Below, in pieces: positions 56,701 to 62,900 of a stretch of DNA of 64,000 nt. Source of the DNA: Longimicrobiales bacterium (GTDB taxonomy: Bacteria > Gemmatimonadota > Gemmatimonadetes > Longimicrobiales > Gaopeijiaceae); NCBI GenBank assembly GCA_965203485.1, contig OZ241892.1, forward strand, positions 1,440,001 to 1,504,000, read 5' to 3'. Below the pieces are notes generated by a model. That model was given only the letters and a program-made list of their open reading frames with translations, was not told the DNA's origin and ran no database searches. Position numbers and translations under genes: made by a program. Positions within the stretch are counted from its first letter, which is position 1. The number at the start of each line of letters is the position of its first letter.

Positions 56701-59693
56701 TCCGCGTCCGACGGCTGCACCGTGTACTCGAACGTCAGCGTCTTCGTTCTGGTGCCCCTCAGGAAGCTCGCCTGCCGCGTCTGCGTCCCCAGCGTCAGCG
56801 CCAACCCCAGACGGTGCGAGTTCGTCACCGCCACCACCCGGTCGAAGGCGACCTCAACTCTGATCTTCTCCGACCGCTTGTAGGTGGTCCCGTCCGCCGG
56901 CGTGCTCCCGATCTGCACGCCGACCACCGCCGGGGCCTTCTCCATGCTGCCGTCCACCTTGTGGCCCGCGGCGTCGGCAATCGCGTTCGCGCCCAGCCCG
57001 AGCGCGGCGGCCGTGGCTCCGTCGCGCAAGTCCACGATCGTGCCGCCGTTCAGCGTCAGCGCGCTCGCGCCGATGCTCAGCCCGTCCGCGTCCGCGTCCG
57101 ACGCCGCCACGACGTAGCGGAACGTCAGCGTCGCCGTGCCCGAGCCCAAGACGAAGTTGGCCTGGCGGGTCTGCGAACCGATCGTCAGCGCCAGCCGCGG
57201 CGTCCTCCTCACGTTCACCGGGCGGCCGAACGTCACCTGGACCGTGATCTCCTCGCCGAGGCCGTAGGTCGATGCGCTGTCGGGGCTGCTGACAAGCGCA
57301 ACGCCCGTCACCGCAGGCGCCCTCAACGCGCCGCCCGCCACCTTGTGGCCCGCGCTGTTGGTCACCGCTCGGCTGCCCAGGCCCAGCAACGCGTTGATCG
57401 TGCCCCCTGCGAGCCGAATCGTGCCGCCGTTCAGCCCCAGCGCGCTCGCACCGACGCTGATCCCGTCCGCGTCGGCGTCGCCCGTCGCCACCACGTAGCG
57501 GAAGACCAGCGACGCCGTGCCCGTTCCGCCGGCGTACGCCGCCTGCCGCGCGACCGCGCCGATCGTCAGCGCCAGCTGCGGCGCGCCCGTCACGTCCACC
57601 GCCTTGTTGAACGTCACCGTCGCAACAATTGTGTCGCCCCGCTCGAAGGTGTCGCCCACCGGCGGCGAGCCCAAGACCAGGCCGGCGACGCCCGGCGGAC
57701 CCTGGCTGGCGTCCACCTTGTGGGCGGCGGCGTTCGCGATCGCATGCGCGCCCAGCCCCAGGGCCGCGTTGGTCGACGTCCCGCTCCGGATCGTGCCGCC
57801 GTTCAGCGACAGCGCGCTCGCGCCCACGCCGATCCCGTCCGAGTCCGAGTCGCCGGCTTCCACCGTGTAGCTGAACGTCAGCGAGTCCGCGCCGCTTCCG
57901 GCGGCGTAGGACGCCTGCCGCGTCCGGGTCCCGATCGTCAGCGCCAGCTGCGGCGTGCCGGTCACCGTGACGGCGATCTGGAAGCCCACCTGGACCGTGA
58001 TCGTCTCGCCGATCTCGTAAGTGTCCCCGCTCGCCGGAGAGCTGGTGATCGCGACGGCGTTCACCACCGGCACCGTCGTCGTCCCGTCCACCTTGTGGCC
58101 GCTCGCGTCGGCGATCGTGTGCGCGCCCAACCCCAGCGCCGCGTTGGTCCCCGTTTGGCTCCGGATCGTGCCGCCGTTCAGCGCCAGCGCGCTCGCGCCC
58201 ACGCCGATGCCGTCGCTGTCGGCGTCCGCCACCGTGGTCGTGTAGGCGAAGGAGAGCGTCTTGCTGCCGCTTCCGCCGACGTAGGACGCCTGCCGCGTCT
58301 GGGCGCCGATCGTCAGCGCCAGCTGCGGGGCGCCCGTCACCGCCACAGGCGTCGTGAACGCGATCTCGACCGTGATCGCTTCGGCGGCGCCGTACGTGTC
58401 TCCGGTTGCGGGAGCGCTGGCGATCGTCGCCCGGCTCACTGCCGGAACCGTCGCCGTGGCGCCGTTCACCTTGTGGCCGCTCGCGTTGGCAATCGCGTGC
58501 GTGCCCAGACCCAGCACCGCCGACGCGCCGAAGCTGCTGCCGATCGTGCCGCTGTTCAGTGCCAGCGCGCTCGCGCCGATGCCGATGCCGTCGTTGTCCG
58601 CGTCCGCCGACTGCACCACGTACTCGAAGGCGAGGGTTCGCGTCCCGCCGCCGCTTCGGTACGCCGCTTGGCGCGTCTGGGCGCCGATCGTCAGCGCCAG
58701 CTGCGGCGCGCCCGTCACGTCCACTGCGATGTCGAAGCCGACCGTCACATCGATCCGCTCGCCGGCGCCGTAGGTGTCCCCGCTCGCCGGCGAACTGGCG
58801 ACGGCGACGGCGTTCACGGTCGGCGGAGTGGCCGTGGCGCCGTTCACCTTGTGGCCGCTCGCGTTGGCAATCGCGTGCGTGCCCAGGCCCAGCGCCGCGT
58901 TCGTCCCCGCTCCGCTCCGGATCGTCCCGCCGTTCAGGGTCAACGCGCTCGCGCCGATGCTGATCCCGTCGGCGTCCACGTTGGCGGTCTGCACGACGTG
59001 CTCGAAGACGAGCGTCCCGGAGCCGCTCCCCCGAACGTACTGGGCCTGGACGGTCGAGGCGCCGACCGTCAGCGCCAGCTGCGGCGTCCCCGTCACCGTC
59101 GCCGGTATCTGGAAGCCCACCTCCACCGTGATCGTCTCGCCCGCGCCGTACGTGTCCCCGCTCGCCGGAGCACTCGCGATCGTCACCGCGTTCACCGCCG
59201 GAACCGTCGCCGCCCCGTCCACCTTGTGGCTGCTCGCGTTCGCGATCGCGTTCGTGCCCAAGCCCAGCGCCGCATCCGTCCCCGCTCCGCTCTGGATCGT
59301 CCCGCCGTTCAGCGCCAAAGCGCTCGCGCCCACGCCGATCCCGTCCGAGTCCGCGTCCGTCGCCACTACCTCGTAGCTGAACGTCAGCGTCTTCGTCCCG
59401 CTCCCGCTCGCGTACTCCGCCTGCCGCGTCTGCGAACCCACCGTCAGCGCCAGCTGCGGCGTCCCCGTCACCGTCGCCGGAATCTGGAAGCCCACCTCCA
59501 CCGTGATCGTCTCGCCCGCGCCGTACGTGTCCCCGCTCGCCGGCGTGCTCGCGATCGTCACCGCGTTCACCGTCGGCGCCGTCGCCGCCCCGTCCACCTT
59601 GTGGCTGCCCGCGTTGGCGATCGCGTTCGCGCCCAGGCCCAGCGCCGCGTTCGTCCCCGCACCGCTTTGGATCGTGCCGCCGTTCAGCGCCAA
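37524..59693 (-). CDS. Giant repeat adhesin-like protein 2, C-terminal segment (7,389 codons): ~50 DxDxDG beta-repeats, 4 cadherin-like domains, 1 Ig-like domain, autotransporter-like barrel
   Basis: Open frame in the ORF track with repeat consensus P.V..V.I.S.P..GDTY..GE.I.V.V.F...V.VTGTPQLAL.IG..TRQA.YASG.GT..L.F.Y.V...DAD.DG.SIGASALALNGGTI...LGLG..AI.N...HKV.G. The nominal start at 59693 is only the frameshift junction. Confidence 0.9.
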   Translation of the reverse strand: MALNGGTIQSGAGTNAALGLGANAIANAGSHKVDGAATAPTVNAVTIASTPASGDTYGAGETITVEVGFQIPATVTGTPQLALTVGSQTRQAEYASGSGTKTLTFSYEVVATDADSDGIGVGASALALNGGTIQSGAGTDAALGLGTNAIANASSHKVDGAATVPAVNAVTIASAPASGDTYGAGETITVEVGFQIPATVTGTPQLALTVGASTVQAQYVRGSGSGTLVFEHVVQTANVDADGISIGASALTLNGGTIRSGAGTNAALGLGTHAIANASGHKVNGATATPPTVNAVAVASSPASGDTYGAGERIDVTVGFDIAVDVTGAPQLALTIGAQTRQAAYRSGGGTRTLAFEYVVQSADADNDGIGIGASALALNSGTIGSSFGASAVLGLGTHAIANASGHKVNGATATVPAVSRATIASAPATGDTYGAAEAITVEIAFTTPVAVTGAPQLALTIGAQTRQASYVGGSGSKTLSFAYTTTVADADSDGIGVGASALALNGGTIRSQTGTNAALGLGAHTIADASGHKVDGTTTVPVVNAVAITSSPASGDTYEIGETITVQVGFQIAVTVTGTPQLALTIGTRTRQASYAAGSGADSLTFSYTVEAGDSDSDGIGVGASALSLNGGTIRSGTSTNAALGLGAHAIANAAAHKVDASQGPPGVAGLVLGSPPVGDTFERGDTIVATVTFNKAVDVTGAPQLALTIGAVARQAAYAGGTGTASLVFRYVVATGDADADGISVGASALGLNGGTIRLAGGTINALLGLGSRAVTNSAGHKVAGGALRAPAVTGVALVSSPDSASTYGLGEEITVQVTFGRPVNVRRTPRLALTIGSQTRQANFVLGSGTATLTFRYVVAASDADADGLSIGASALTLNGGTIVDLRDGATAAALGLGANAIADAAGHKVDGSMEKAPAVVGVQIGSTPADGTTYKRSEKIRVEVAFDRVVAVTNSHRLGLALTLGTQTRQASFLRGTRTKTLTFEYTVQPSDADSDGLSIGASALTLNGGRANSGAIRIAGGTANALLGLGTHAISNSASHKVDGSRIVSPSVDEVAIGGRRVGDTYELGQFIIIFLIFDREVVVTGAPQVALRVGTQTRQAEYFTGSTDQLTFTYVVQASDVDADGISMDANALTLNGGTIASAVDSTTAANLATQAFAPGANYKVNGAQTTQPSVTTVAFGDLPTGQTYELGDEVVVSVGFDRVIEVTGTPQLALTIGAETRQASFDELARLGDILRFSYVVRPPDADSNGISIGANALTLNGGTIRLGGSATVNANLGLGAHAIVDDANRKVDSNLGPPGVSGLALNSPVADDTYGLGDVIEATVTFNKAVDVTGTPQLALGIGAVTRQASYASGTGTASLVFRYTVVAADADSVGLSIGASALTLNGGTIDVAGGTTDALLELGGHAVSNSASHKVDGALDRPTVTDLVVGSPPTGDTFERNDSIAVTVTFNKAVDVTGTPQLALGIGAATKQASYASGTGTASLVFRYLVVPGDVDADGLSIGASALSLNGGAIDIAGGTTDALLGLGSHAVSNSTGHKVAGNRFTTSSASGVTVASSPASGDTYGLGEQIEVEVSFVRPVVVTGTPQLALGIGTDTVQADYASGTGTTTLTFRHAVAVGDADSDGISVDASALTLNGGTINDVRGGTSFAAGLGLSAHAIANAAAHKVDASRGAAGVTGVSIGAPVVGDTFERGDTVAVTVTFNKAVDVTGAPQLALTIGAVTRQASYASGTGTASLVFRYVVVQADADADGLSIGASALGLNGGTIRVAGETTDALLGLGSHAVSNSAGHKVAGGTLTGPAPSGVAIASVPSSDSTYGRTERIEVEVTFARPVVVTGTPQLALTIGTQTRQASYASGSGTKALAFRYTVQGTDRDSTGIGVGASALALNGGTIADARDGTTAAALGLGAHAVSDAAAHKVDGSLGTPGVIGVSFADDPYNSEYERGDAIDVRVLFSRAVAVTGAPRLALGIGSQTRQAAYASGTGTDTLVFRYVVVQSDRDIDGISIGASALGLNGGTIRAAGTTMDAVLGLGSHAIANSSGHQVNGSLFTGLAVEDVHVRSVPASDSTYKLGERIELEVLFQRAVVVTGTPQLALGIGSATRQASYAGGSGTKRLRFRYAVAAADVDADGISLSGSALALNGGAIDDARAGGTAAGLGTSASVFSNDAAHKVNGGVGAPSVSALGIGAPVVGDVFERGDTIVATVEFNAAVAVTGTPQLALGIGSATRQAGYASGTGTASLVFRYVVVAADADADGLSIGASALALNGGTIRRTGTTTNALLGLGGHAVTNSAGHKVAGGTFTASAVSGVAIASVPGSDSTYVRTERIEVEVSFARPVTVTGAPQLALGIGSQTRQAEYASGSGTKTLAFRYAVQAADSDSDGISIGASALALNGGTIADARDGATAAGLGLGSHAIANAAAHKVNGARGPPGVSGLSIGSPVVGDVFERGDTIAVTVTFTDSVDVTGTPRLALGIGSATRQASYASGTGTASLVFRYVVASGDADADGLSIGASALALNGGTIDVAGGTTDALLGLGSHAVSNSTSHKVAGGTFTAAAVSAVTIASEPASDSTYAETEEIAVEVSFNRRVTVTGTPQLALAIDTLTRQAEYAGGTGTATLTFAYQVVVADADSTGISIGASALGLNGGTIADARDGTTAASLGLGSNAIADAAAHKVDGSLPPPVTRATGAPEARGLAIGAPAVGDVFERGETIEVELVFHRAVDVTGTPQLALTIGAATRQASYASGTGTDTLVFRYVVASGDADADGISIAASALALNGGTIRASGEALDAELDLGAYAVANSGGHKVAGGTFTTPAVSAVTISSTPASASTYQLGERIEVKVAFGRPVAVTGAPELALTIGSRTRQASWESATSVADTLVFGYAIRPADADTDGLSIGASALGLNGGTIADVRAGAAAASLGLGSHAIADAAAHKVDGSLGPPGVTHLSVTAPLSAQTFERGDTIFASVRFNKAVDVGGTPQLALGIGSATRQAAYASGTGATELEFRYVVVQSDADADGLSIAANALGLNGGTIDVAGGTTDALLSLEHVAISNASGFRVAGGTFTAPAVTWAGISSAPSDGSTYELGEQIGVTVTFNRNVTVTGAPELALGIGAQTRQAAYVAAASGNRELEFRYTVAAGDADADGLSVGASALALNGGTIVDPRDGTTAAALGLGASAIANSAGHAVDGSRGPPGVSGVSIAAPPAGDVFERGDTIAATVTFNKAVDVGGAPRLALAIGTQTRQAGYASGSGTASLVFRYVVVQADADADGLSIAAGALALNGGTIDVAGGTTDAVLGLGGHAIANSTNHKVAGGTFTASSVSGVTITSSPASGDTYGLGEEIEVEVTFVRPVNVTGTPQLALGIGTDTVQADYGSGTGTKTLAFSYAVAASDADGDGLSIAAGALALNGGTIVDARDGSTAASLGLGTNAIANAASHKVDGAQGPPGVTALSVASPVVGDVFERGDTIAATVVFNKAVDVTGTPQLALTIGSATRQASYAGGTGTASLVFRYVVVQADADADGLSIAAGALALNGGTIDVAGGTTDALLGLGPSAVANSAGHKVAGGTFTAASVSGVAITSAPASDSTYGRTERIEVEVTFNRRVAVTGTPQLALTVGAQTRQASYASGSGTATLAFGYTVAAADADSDGIGIAAGALALNGGGIADARDGATAAALGLGSNAVANAAAHKVDGSRGPPGVTGLSISSPAVGDVFERGETIEVELVFNRSVDVGGTPRLALAIGSATRQASYAAGTGTDTLVFRYVVASGDADADGLSIAAGALALNGGTIKVAGGTLDAALGLGARAVTNSGGHKVAGGTFTAASVSGVTVSSAPASASTYQLGERIEVKVAFGRPVAVTGTPRLALGIGTRTRQASWEAASSTADTLVFGYAVRPADADTDGLSIGASALALNGGTIADARDASEAAALGLGSNAVTNDASHKVNGSLGPPGVVGLTVAAPLVGAAFERGDTVVATVTFNKAVDATGTPQLALSIGTQTRQAGYASGTGTTALVFRYVVVAADADADGLSIAASALALNGGTIDVAGGTTDALLSLERHAIGNDGALRVSGATFTAASASGVTISSSPASDSTYGRTERIEVEVTFDRNVAVTGTPQLALTIGAQTRQASYASGTGTKTLAFGYAVVAADADANGISIGPAALALNGGTIADARDASEAAGLGLGSSAIANAAAHKVDGNQGPPGVTGLVVAPPPAGDVFERGDAIAATVTFNRAVAVTGTPQLALAIGTQTRQASYASGSGTTSLVFQYTVVTADADADGLSIGTSALALNGGTIRLSGGTLDATLGLGAHAVTNSGGHKVAGGTFTAASVSGVTISSAPSSGDTYGLGERIEVEVTFARPVNVTGTPQLALTMGAATRQADHASGGGTKTLTFGYEVVAGDADSDGVSVGASALALNGGTISDARDGSTAASLGLGSSAIANAAPHKVDGAQGPPGVTGLLIGAPQVGDTFERGETIEVKVAFNKAVAVTGTPQLQLRFASGSKQADYASGTGTDTLVFRYVVAAADADADGLGIGASDLRLNGGTIRRSGTATDAVLGLGSHAVIRSTGHKVAGGTFTASAASGVAITSAPSSDSTYGRTEVIEAEVSFTRPVAVTGAPQLALGVGSQTRQAAYASGSGTTALAFRYVVAAADADTDGISVAASALALNGGTINDARGGTTAAGLGLGSSAISNAAAHKVDGSRGPPGVTALSIGSPAVGDVFERGETIEVELVFNRAVDVGGAPQLALAIGSATRQASYASGTGTDTLAFRYVVASGDADSDGISIAAGALSLSGGTIRVAGGTLDATLGLGGHAVTNSAGHKVAGGTFTTPAVTAVAVSSAPASASTYQLGESVEVKLAFSRPVAVTGTPRLALGIGTATRQADYDSASSSADTLVFGYAIRPADVDADGLSIAAGALALNGGTIADARPGATAASLGLGSHAITNAAAHKVNGGLGPPGVTGLAVASPPAGAVFERGDTIVATVRFNKAVDVTGTPQLALGIGTQTRQAAYASGTGTAALVFRYVVATADADADGLSVGASALALNGGTIDVAGGTTDALLSLERHAIGNDGALRVSGATFTASSVSGVSVTSSPASDSTYGRTERIEVEVTFDRAVAVTGTPQLALTIGAQTRQASYASGTGTKTLAFGYVVVAADADANGLSIGPAALALNGGAIDDARDASEAAGLGLGSHAISNAAAHKVNGNLGPPGVTGVTLGSPPVGTTFERGDTIVATLAFNRSVDVTGAPQLALGIGSATKQAVYASGSGTSSLEFRYVVVTADVDADGLSVATTALGLNGGTVRLAGGTLDATLGLGTHAISNSAGHKVAGGTFTASGVTGVAVASSPASGATYGLGERIEVRVTFARAVAVTGTPQLALSFGAATRQADYAGGTGTPQLSFGYVVVAGDADSDGLSIGASALALNGGGIADGRDGSTAAALGLGSNAVADAAGHRVDATRGPPGVMGVTIGSPTVGDTFERGDTVEVEVEFNKPVSVTGAPQLALGIGAATKQAGYAGGSGTAALAFRYVVVSADADADGLSVAAGALALNGGTIKVSGGTADALLGLGAHAVANSAGHKVAGGTFTASSPSAASVTSAPASGDTYGLGERIEVRVTFARPVVVTGAPQLALGIGSATKQAGYAGGSGTRALVFGYVVASADADADGISVGASALSLNGGAIADARDGSTAAGLGLGSSAIANAGAHKVDGSVEGAPAVAGARLASAPSGGGSYGLGEEIRVAVRFDRAVAVTGTPELALGIGAATRQAGYAGGSGTSELEFAYVVQAADADSDGISVGAGALSLSGGTLVVAGGTAAAVLSLGSHAIVNASGHAVAGTLEAAPVVTGARLVSSPANGSAYGLSERIAVALAFSRPVDVAGAPQLALGIGSATRQAGYASGSGTAELVFGYVVAGADADADGVSVAAAALALNGGTIVIAGGRVAAVLSLGTHALSNVAGHLVDGSAETAPAVAGVVLASAPIGGGRYELGEEIRVHVRFDRAVAVTGSPQLALTIGAQTRTARFVRVVGYGAAARAGWAGVAAGYAGAGWAGGSAGGAGGSAGALGATQGAALEFAYAVQAADADADGLSVGAGALSLNGGAITLLGGTAAAGLSLGGHALTNVGGHLVDGSVVSPPAVAGVEASRPQSGGRWRAGQTIEIAVVFDRPVSVTGGPRLALAMGTRTVHAALASASGRRVEFAYEVRPHDRAPNGIALAAGALDASGAAIVSAADGSTPAALSLGSHAFASDPTRRVEGGGGEPEPGRPPKFSAESYAFELAENVAGAVVVGAVSAVDPDEGDEVYYRLREGGGGLFEVGETSGEVSYVGAGEDYEAGPREHALVVSAADVGGLASTVRVTVKVTNANEAPAFERASWTFELAENAAGPIVLGTVSATDPDEGEALSYSLVSGGGGLFELDVASGAVRYVGAGEDYETGPREHALAVAVADAGGLRAAAGVVIAVADADEAPVFERASWTFELAENAAGPVVLGTVSATDPDEGEALSYSLVSGGGGLFELDASSGAVSYVGTGEDYETGPREHALVVAATGADGLAARAAVVVTVADVNEAPVFEQASWTFELAENAAGPLAVGAVAADDEDEGDVLSYSLVSGGGGLFELDAASGAVRYVGAGEDYETGPREHALVVAATDRGGLAATANATVVVTDVNEAPEATAQIAIPALEAHGAAVQETLDAYFRDPDGDALAYAAESSDTAVAAASVAGGVLTIQPFAIGTASVTVTAADPGGLAAEQTVAVVVEASRSERARVLEGALAAFGRSVGAEAVDVIGGRLGIESAGGLGRSHLQLGGRSIACDGGAATGVAQRAGAAVETSGATLAGAVTGTGARACGWRALARAAPGLLGVQIALPSAGGMGGAQDAGPLDPAALLFGAPGAGAGGFGGLDMGGDYRGQQEPAAAAPGGVTFNPLSGSDLLERSSFQLSLGGGAASDSGAFGAQDAAGLRPGWTVWGRAGMGGYEGRPADGLRFDGGRARSAHLGADYRFASGLLVGVAGARNSFETEFESAVNGAGSVAASLTSVHPYVHWSPTGGLGLWALAGAGTGDATLEETAGGRFGADIAMLMGALGARRELAGGIALKADAFSVRVRSDDAADLAGVTARAHRVRLAPEVAKTWALGGEASLRTRLELGARLDAGDAETGLGAEAGGEASFDHAPTGLSVAMRGRALLAHQAEGLREWGAGVSLRLQPGGGAENGLSLSVEPAWGAGAGATGELWRQGAAALEPAVQTAPTAAPSGWAPGRMAMELGWGVALDNGATITPFGRWSQDAGAGQRFNAGARFSLLGKSGPSSAHTGIHSPATGPAESLRFLLHLYGEHASSPLESPQRRLGLAGAIRIRQ
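39590..40802 (-). repeat. Four tandem 300-bp cadherin-like domains
   Basis: P.F....FELAEN...G.V.A.D.DEG...Y.L...GLFELD..SG.V.Y...EDYE.GP...L.V.A.D..GL...V.D.NEAP, carrying the cadherin Ca-binding motifs (EN, DxD, DYE, DxNE). Confidence 0.88.
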
Positions 59694-59965
59694 AGCGTCT
59701 GCGAACCCACCGTCAGCGCCAGCTGCGGCGTCCCCGTCACCGTCGCCGGAATCTGGAAGCCCACCTCCACCGTGATCGTCTCGCCCGCGCCGTACGTGTC
59801 CCCGCTCGCCGGCGTGCTCGCGATCGTCACCGCGTTCACCGTCGGCGCCGTCGCCGCCCCGTCCACCTTGTGGCTGCCCGCGTTGGCGATCGCGTTCGCG
59901 CCCAGGCCCAGCGCCGCGTTCGTCCCCGCACCGCTTTGGATCGTGCCGCCGTTCAGCGCCAAAGC
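59428..59965. repeat. Exact 269-bp tandem duplication causing a frameshift
   Basis: 59428-59696 is identical by eye to 59697-59965. The junction reads ...gccaaagcg|tctgcgaacc..., and 269 is not a multiple of 3. Confidence 0.88.
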
Positions 59966-62900
59966 ACTCGCGCCCACGCCGATCCCGTCCGAGTCCGCGT
60001 CCGTCGCCACTACCTCGTAGCTGAACGTCAGCGTCTTCGTCCCGCTCCCGCTCGCGTACTCCGCCTGCCGCGTCTGCGCCCCCACCGTCAGCGCCAGCCG
60101 CGGCGTCCCCGTCACCGTCGCCGGTATCCGGAAGCCCACCTCCACCGTGATCGTCTCGCCCGCGCCGTACGTGTCCCCGCTCGCAGGCGTGCTCGCGATC
60201 GTCAGCGTGTTCACCGCCGGAACCGTCGCCGCGCCGTTCACCTTGTGGCCGCTCGCGTTCGCGATTGCGTTCGTGCCCAGCCCCAGCGCCGCGTTCGTCC
60301 CCGCCCCGCTTTGGATCGTGCCGCCGTTCAGCGCCAAAGCGCTCGCCCCGACGCCGATCCCGTCCGAGTCCGCGTCCGTCGCCGCCACCTCGTAGCTGAA
60401 CGTCAGCGTCTTCGTCCCGCTCCCGCTCGCGTACCCCGCCTGCCGCGTCTGCGCCCCCACCGTCAGCGCCAGCTGCGGCGCCCCCGTCACCGTCGCCGGA
60501 ATCTGGAAGCCCACCTCCACCGTGATCGTCTCGCCCGCGCCGTACGTGTCCCCGCTCGCAGGCGTGCTCGCGATCGTCAGCGTGTTCACCGCCGGAACCG
60601 TCGCCGCGCCGTTCACCTTGTGGCCGCTCGCGTTCGCGATTGCGTTCGCGCCCAGGCCCAGCACCGCGTTCGTCCCCGCCCAGTTCCGGACCGTGCCGCC
60701 GTTCAGCGTCAGGGCAGCGGCGGCGACGCCGATCCCGTTCGCGTCCGCGTCCGTCGCCACCGTCGCGTAGTCGAACGTCAGGACGCGGGTCCCGCTGCCG
60801 CCCGCGTAGCCGGCCTGCCGGGTCCGCGTCCCGATCGTCAGCGCCAGCTGCGGCGCCCCGGTCACCACGACCGGGATCCGGAAGCCGATCTGCACCGCGA
60901 TCTTCTCGGCGGCGCCGTAGGTGTCGCCCGTCGCAGGCGTGCTCGTGACCGACGCCGCGTTCACCGTGGGCGCCGTCGTCGTTCCCGCCACTTTGTGAGC
61001 CGCCGCGTTCGAGATCGCATGCGTTCCCAAGGTCAGCGTGGCATAGGCGCCGCTCCCGCTCCGGATCGTCCCGCCGTTCAGCGCAAGCGCGAGGTCGCCG
61101 ATGCTGATGCCGTCGGCGTCCGCGTCCGCGTCCGTCACCGCGTAGCGGAACGTCAGCGTCGCCGTCCCGCTTCCGCTGGCGTAGGCCGCCTGGCGCGTCG
61201 CGCTGCCGATCGAGAGCGCCAACTGCGGCGTCCCCGTCACCGTGGCCGCAACGGTGAAGCCCACCTGCACCGAGATCGTGTCGCCCGCCGCGTAGGTGCT
61301 GTCGTTCCCGGCGCTGCTGCTGATCGTCACCGCGTTCGGCATCGGAATCGACGCCCGGTTGTCGCTCGCGGCATCGACCTTGTGGTCGACGAGGTCCGCG
61401 GTCTTCACGCGTTCATACTCTTTGCTCGTGTCCAGGCTGTTGCCCGACGCGACGCTGCTGATCGATCCAGCGAGGTCGGTGAACGTGCCCGGGACGGCAA
61501 CGCCGTTGTCGTCTTTGTCCCCCGCTTGGACCGTGTAGCGGAACTCCAGCTCCGTCGTGCCCGTGCCCGAAGCGTACGACGCCAGCCGCGTCGCCGTCCC
61601 GATCTCAAGCCCCAGCTGCGGCGTCCCCGTCACCGCCACCAGCTCGTTGAAGACCACCCGCAACCTGATCGTCTCGCCGACCCCGTACGAGTCTCCAACC
61701 CCTGGGCGGCTGACGATCGAGCCTCCCGTCACTTCCGGAGCGCCGCCTCCTTGCCGACCGTCCACCGTGTGGCCCGACGCCGCCGTGATCGCGTGGCTGC
61801 CGAGTCCCAAGGCCGCGCTGGCGCCCGCCCTGCTCCGGATCGCACCGCCGTTCAGCGTCAGCGCGCTCGCGCCGACCCCGATCCCGTCCCCGTCCAGGTC
61901 CGACTGGCCAACCGTGTAGCGGAACGCCAGCGTCGCCGTGCCCGATCCGCCCGCGTAGGCCGCCTGTCTCGTCGCCGCGCCGATCGTCAACGCCAGCCGG
62001 GGCGCGCCCGTCACCCTCACAGGCAGGCTGAAGCCGACCTGCACCTCGATCGTCTCGCCCCGTCCGTACAAGCCGACGTTCCGCACTTGAAGCAGCGGCG
62101 TGCTCGCGACCCTCACGGCCGTCACCGTCGGCGCGGTCGCCCTGCCGTCCACCTTGTGGCCCGCGGCGTTCGCGATCGCGTGGGCGCCCAGGCCCAGCAA
62201 CGCGTCCGTTCCCCTGCCGCTCCGGATCGTCCCGCCGTTCAGCGCCAGCGCGCTCGCGGCGATCCCGATCCCGTCCGTGTCCGTGTCCGTCGCCACCGTC
62301 GTGTAGCTGAACGCCAGCGTGTCCGTCCCGCTTCCGCCGGCGAGGGCGGCCTGCCGCGTCTCGGGCCCCACCGTCAGCGCCAGCTGGGGCGCGCCCGTCA
62401 CCACGACCGGAACCTGGAACACGACGTGCACGGTGATCGTCTCGCCTGCGCCGTAGGCGTCGCCGCTCGCCGGGCTGCTCGCGATCGAGACTCCGGTCAC
62501 CGTCGGGACCGCCGGGGTCCCGATCACCTTGTGGCCGGAGGCGTTGGCGATCGCGTGCGCGCCCAGGCCCAAGCTCGCCGCCGTGGCGCTGCTCCGGACG
62601 TCGTTGATCGTTCCCCCGTTGAGCGTCAGCGCGCTCGCGCCGATGCTGATGCCGGTGGTGTCGGAGTCTGCGGCCACCACCGCGTAGCCGAACGTCAGCG
62701 TGGTCGTGCCCGTGCCCGATGCGTAGGCCGCCTGGCGCGTCTGCGTCCCGATCGTCAGCGCCAGCTGCGGCACGCCCGAAACGCTCACCGGCCTGCTGAA
62801 CGCGACCTCGACCTCGATCCGCTCGGCCAAGGCGTATGTGTCGCCGACGCTGGGACTGCTCGAGATCGTCACTCCGCTCACCGCCGGCGTCGTGAAGGTC

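Noticed and set aside
37566..60020. Very long plus-strand ORFs (2598, 3103 and 1530 aa)
   Set aside because: They are codon-register antisense shadows of the giant minus-strand gene. They are Arg/Pro/His-rich and stay open only because the sense frame rarely uses TTA, CTA or TCA.
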